Shown here in pieces: positions 63,971 through 64,000 of a stretch of 64,000 bases of DNA. The position numbers and the translations under genes were made by a program. Each line of letters opens with the position of its first letter. The first letter of the stretch is position 1. The notes beneath the pieces were generated by a model. The model made no database searches. It saw nothing but the letters and a program-made list of their open reading frames with translations, and was not told the DNA's origin. This stretch comes from an uncultured delta proteobacterium (GTDB lineage Bacteria > Desulfobacterota > WTBG01 > CAIYCZ01 > CAIRTM01): contig CAWDSQ010000026.1 in assembly GCA_963804955.1 (NCBI GenBank), positions 32,001-96,000 on the forward strand, in the 5' to 3' direction.

Positions 63971-64000
63971 GGCTTGTCCGGAATCATTTTTCAGCACACC

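Noticed and set aside
1..64000. More than 20 frameshifted genes suggesting mass pseudogenisation or programmed frameshifting
   Set aside because: They hit essential genes (trpS, efp, fabF, ffh, tkt) as isolated single-base indels with otherwise intact motifs and no shared slippery site; best explained by long-read or assembly error. Read polishing would confirm.

Overview
Chromosomal window from a moderately GC-rich bacterium. Gene content and protein style suggest an anaerobic deltaproteobacterium (Desulfobacterota-like); this is an inference. Most of it is housekeeping: efp-epmA, rarA, rng, meaB, trpS, acpP-fabF, a purF-like gene with carB, manC, tkt, ffh, fabD, rlmKL and xth. Accessory genes include a HicAB toxin-antitoxin pair, two B12/radical-SAM enzymes, a carbamoyltransferase-SxtJ-SxtK-like trio, c-di-GMP enzymes, secreted DUF1566 (Lcl C-terminal) proteins and a truncated IS110 at the right edge. 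More than 20 genes, including essential ones, carry single-base frameshifts that I read as sequencing or assembly indels, so CDS coordinates span the reconstructed gene. No rRNA, tRNA or CRISPR array was seen. The best leads are mostly non-coding: (1) a homologous promoter + ~130-nt leader + terminator upstream of two unrelated secreted-protein genes (34.0-34.2 kb minus strand and 60.9-61.1 kb plus strand); (2) a ~270-nt densely structured ORF-less element after manC with group-I-intron-like and IS200/IS605-end-like motifs; (3) a shared ~120-aa C-terminal module on two unrelated secreted proteins; (4) MITE-like shells with different inverted repeats that wrap REP doublets, with both an empty and a filled target site visible in the window; (5) a bridge-RNA-like 3' end on the IS110; (6) a Ser1 (Cys-less) PurF-like gene paired with carB without carA. 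All alignments and RNA folds were done by eye.
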